From the NCBI GenBank assembly GCA_017499595.2, contig CM039003.1, positions 1,860,001-1,924,000 on the forward strand: 64,000 nucleotides of DNA. Reading direction: 5' to 3'. The notes below the pieces were generated by a model. The model saw nothing but the letters and a program-made list of their open reading frames with translations, had not been told where the DNA came from and did not search any database. Source of the stretch: Psilocybe cubensis (taxonomy: Eukaryota). A program made the translations under genes and the position numbers. Below, piece by piece: positions 59,731 through 64,000 of the stretch (its first letter is position 1; each line of letters opens with the position of its first letter).

Positions 59731-61876
59731 TCAAACTTGTCCAGAGACCTCAAACGCAGCTTTTGAAATAAGATCTTGTAAGGTGCACAACATGCCCAAC
59801 CCCCTCTTCCATCGTGTTGGCCTAAGCTCCATTTGCTCTTGATAAAGCTTGGGGTTTGTACGTTTTAACTCCTTCTCGGTGCGGTAGCCATAATCAACCC
59901 ATCTAAACAGGCCACCTGAAGCATACTGAGTAAAGGAAGCACGCTCCTCTCCGTGTTCAATGCTGGTGTTTGAATGTTCTAGGACGGCGGACAGCATAAG
60001 GATGGTAGATCCTGCAGGGAACTCAATGGCCACTTTCAGGCCCCACACCACAAAGTGACCACCCTTTTTGGCATTGAATTTCCCTAAAGACTGGATGGCG
60101 CACCAGCCATATGGACAGTTTTTGATATCAAAATGCGGGATGGTGCAAACCACAGACCCTAGGTTGAAGGTGGCCGCCGGAAATATGCTGCGGCGAAACA
60201 GTCGGACTAGCGTGGAGTCATTGGCGAATATCTTATCCATGTACAACTTATAGTGGTTGTACACTTTAGGGCTCCATGTAGCAAATGCACCTGTGGATGT
60301 GTTTAAAAACAGGTTCACAAAACAGGCATAGGAGTCACTTACTGCTGGCAAAACTGGCCATTTGTTGAATGCTTTCCGACTGCAAGAGCTTGGCAGTGAT
60401 TTTGGGATGGCGCTGGACGCGGTTGAGTGGAGAGTGTGTCCCTACACCGTGTGTAACGCCGATGTTGAGTGCGGGATAATGACCACGATTTTCTGAATAG
60501 TCTTTGTGTGTAAACACTGTGGTGTGTCCGGCCTCCCTCAGTAGATCAAATGCTTCCTCCGTGGCACGTTCGTATGCAGGGTCCTTAGGACGGCCTGCCA
60601 GAACCATAAAAATACGTCCGTCTTCAGAAACAAACGGGACGGGGGTGCTATAGTGCATTAGCTTTAACTCCATCAAACTGAACAGATCAGAAGAGTTGTA
60701 ACTCACCATCTATCCCAAGGTATAATGCGGAACCCAAGGGCCTTGATGGCATCCAAGCTATATAGGTGACTTTTGTGGGGTTTTGTTGGTTTAGCACCAT
60801 AGGCGCCTTGCGTGGCAGGCAAAGTGTCAAGCTTGACGTTGAGAGCCTCTGGCTGGCAGCTGGGAAGCATGCTTAAAAGACTGGGTTTTGGTGTGTGTCC
60901 GTGCTTATTGTATTGTAACGTCCGCTGATACTTGCGGCTGCGATGACTGTTGGAAAGCCCATTGTATGGCCTTTTCAGGCTGGCGGTTTGCACGGATGGG
61001 TCTCGCTGAGGTAACGAAAGCGAAAGCTTGGTCGACGATTGCGAAGGTACAATCGGCGGTGTCAACATATTGTCAACCGATGGTGTCAACGCATCGTGGG
61101 CTGACAGCATCGACTCGCGGGTTGACGGGGTCGACGCGTTGTGGGCTGACGTCGTCGATTCGCGGGTTGACGGGATCGACACATCGTGGGCTGACGTCGT
61201 CGATTCGCGGGTTGACGGGGTCGACGCGTTATGGACTGACAGCATCGACTCGCGGGTTGACGGGGTCGACGCGTTGTGGGCTGACGTCGTCGATTCACGG
61301 GTTGACGGGATCGACACGTCGTGGGCTGACGTCGTCGATTCGCGGGTTGATGGGGTCGACGCGTTATAGACTGACAGCATCGACTCGCGGGTTGACAGGG
61401 TCGACGCGTTGTGGGCTGACAGCATCGACTCGCAGGTTGACGGGGTCGATGCGTTGTGGGCTGACGTCGTCGATTCGCGGGTTGACGGCGTTGACACGTC
61501 GTGGATCGACGTCATCGATTCACGGGTTGACGGGGTCGACACGTCGTGGATCAACGCCGTCGGCGTCGACGTATTGTTCGTAAACTGCATCCAGGTATCG
61601 TCCGTCGACCGATTCTTTGACGCATCGTGGATCGACGGCGTCCAGATGTTGTGAACGGATGGCGTCGACGTATCGTCGGTCGATGGAATCAAGACATCTA
61701 TTGACAAGTACGTGAATGGGCAGATGACGAGTAGGCAAACATGGTGACTCACCTTGATCTAGATCTAACAAGTCTGTGTCCTCCCTTGCATCTGCTGCCC
61801 GCCAGGCAGAGATCAAGTCAAAAGCCAACGGATCCTCCCATACCTCAGGCTGACACTGGGCATACACCCTCCCAGA
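59731..61876 (-). CDS. TET/JBP-family dioxygenase, copy 2
   Basis: ORF translations identical to 18860-21005, including HxD...H...R. Confidence 0.88.
61081..61561. repeat. 45-bp CpG-rich tandem repeat, copy 2
   Basis: Same array as 20210-20690. Confidence 0.93.
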
Positions 61877-62466
61877 TCATGTCTGCTTGAACAGATTTCC
61901 GATTTAAAACTTGGTATATGCATAGAAAAGTTTCCAAGGACGTACCGTATAGCGCGCCTATTGGCAGGCCGACATCTGTGCATGCAAAAACCAACGGTGA
62001 GCAGGGTTCTTGCAATCATGACACGCCCCAGCTCCTGCGTTGGCTGGCAGTTTGACAGACCCGGTCCAGGGGTGATCCCTCGCCTGGCAAGCCTCTAACC
62101 AACGCGAGAGCTGGGCCCTGTCGCGTTTCTGATATACGAACGTTTGCTTACCGGTGGGACGGGTATTTATACGAACGCGAATGAGGGGAATGTTGAACCT
62201 CATTAAACAGATCAGGGGTCAGGTGATAGGGGTCAGGTGATAGGGGTCAGGTGACGTAGGTGGACGCGTTGCACCCGCGACACACTTCAACTGCTTTGAC
62301 CTCAGAACACCTGGTAATACGTCAGTCCGCTACAAACACAAACACCGCAGAGTAATGCAGGTCTCAGGAATACTACCCAGGTGCGTTATATTTCATGCAT
62401 CCCTTTTGTAAGGCCAAATTGACAATATAGTATTGAAAGTGCTGCAGATTCTATTTCACAAACCGT

Positions 62467-63370
62467 CTAAACAATAGCAATGGGATTGTCAGACTGCAAA
62501 GGCTGAGGAGGAATGTAAACCGGTACGTTAATGCCATGGGACGTCAACGCTGCTTTCAGCTGTTGGCTCCAATGCCTCTCTTCTACCAGCATAATTGCTG
62601 TGTTGTGTTCCTGTCTGACATATGTCCTCAACTGCTCTTCTAGACCCTCCACCACCAACGTCAGGTATGCAGAGCGTTGTTTGGAATTCTTCACAGACCT
62701 AACCAAGTTTTTTACCGCCTTTTTAGTTGACTGGGCCTCCTGGCGTGCTGCGGCAAGGTCCAACCATGCCGTTCAAAGCTGATTCTTATAGGCCACAGCT
62801 TCTCTTGTTGCCTCGATGGCTATTTCACGCCAAACAGTAATCTCTGCCTCCAGATCGCGTCGGGAACGTGGATAGGCCCTGTTCAAGCTGATTGTGGTTT
62901 TGTTGCGGGGAACCTTGGAGGAATGGTCTAATAAAGTGGATGTGAGTGGTCTCAACCTTTCACAGCAATACTGTCAACTTATGAAACGCACCATTCTTTT
63001 CAGGCATTTTGGATACAACCGGCTGGTCTTCGAGATCGCTTTGGCACGTTGATCCAGGGGTATCACCTAGTTGAGTTTGGATGGTGTAAGTTCAAGTGCA
63101 TTCGTGATAAGATTCTATTTACCAAGGCCGTAAAAACTGTAGTTGGGCAGACCATCAGTAACGTCAAGCCCTACGGGTGGGAGGTCAGGGTAGGTTATGC
63201 TGAGGTTTAACAAGGTTTGTTTACTGACCTGCATTCAGAGTTGACAGGTACTTTTTAGGTGCCTCATCGTCTTCATCTTGGTTGTGCTTCCTGAAACTTT
63301 TTTTTGGCGATGGAGTCTTAGGCGACAGCAGGCGGGATGGTAGACAATTGTCAAGAGTGTTGGTAGACAT
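62467..63370 (-). pseudogene. Cargo gene 3, copy 2 (same in-frame TGA at 62775-62773)
   Basis: Identical ORF pieces 62467-62763, 62773-62955 and 63221-63667. Confidence 0.6.
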
Positions 63371-64000
63371 GTTGAGCGGTTCAAGATAACGAAACCACAC
63401 AAATATCAGACTGATGGTTAAGGGAGTGAGAGAGTGAGACAAAAGGTGAGCAAACCTTTGGAATAACTTTGACGCCTCCTTTTTATGTGACGCATAGGTT
63501 TGTTGTTGTTGATGTGACACGACGCGAATTGTTGATTGACCTCGAACGCGACGCGAATTGTTGATTGACCTCAAACGCGATGTGATTCGTTTGTTGTGGC
63601 AAACATGGCAAATCAAACTTGGGGTATAAAAGCAAGGTAAGAGATGTTTGCTTGATTCTGAATCCACAATGTCTCATTCTTCGATTGACCCAGCTTTTGC
63701 ATCACAGCCTGTTTCTCGTGACGTGGACCGCCCAACTGGTACATAGCTGTTTATTGACAACCTGGTTCACCGATTCAACCTCACAAGCAACCACAGTGCA
63801 GATCTCACTTTTCTTTATCAGGTAAACTTGTTTTTTACATAACGCCTACATCAAACTGCTTCTAACTCGTAAACCCGCAGATCTGTACAGCCGTGCCTGA
63901 AGAGCAACCTCCTTAGACCGAAGTGATAAGTCGAATCATGATGTTGGCCTGCCAGTTTGGGGCCGAAGTTCGTCTGCATAAAGCACTGACTGCCACGCAA

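Larger units (their letters stand above)
55010..64000 (+). mobile_element. TET/JBP-carrying DNA transposon, copy 2 (truncated by the window end)
   Basis: Starts ta|CACGGCGGG. All ORF translations are identical to copy 1 at a constant offset of 40,871 bp, with a different left flank. Confidence 0.92.

Overview
Intron-rich fungal genomic DNA, most likely an agaric basidiomycete (inferred from short GT-AG introns and gene content). The main feature is an ~11.2-kb cut-and-paste DNA transposon (14139-25340) with CAC...GTG termini, imperfect 8-9 bp TIRs and a TA target-site duplication. It encodes a multi-exon CMC/CACTA-EnSpm/Plavaka-like DDE transposase. It also carries a TET/JBP-family 2OG-Fe(II) dioxygenase (5-methylcytosine-oxidase family) containing a CpG-dense 45-bp repeat array, and two uncharacterised genes. 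A second, apparently identical copy starts 40,871 bp downstream (55010) and runs off the window end. The element shows CpG-deamination scars, including probable CGA>TGA nonsense codons present in both copies. Between the copies lies a housekeeping block: mitoribosomal mL58/MRPL20-like, malic enzyme, a SET-domain/Tad3 fusion, ALG7, ICL1, CAP1, intein-free PRP8 and a PH-domain protein. RTT109 and a low-complexity RE-repeat protein lie left of copy 1. The first ~8 kb is an orphan-gene region with strong strand purine skew that may be part of another mobile element. Exon boundaries were read by eye and family assignments come from motif recognition, not database searches.
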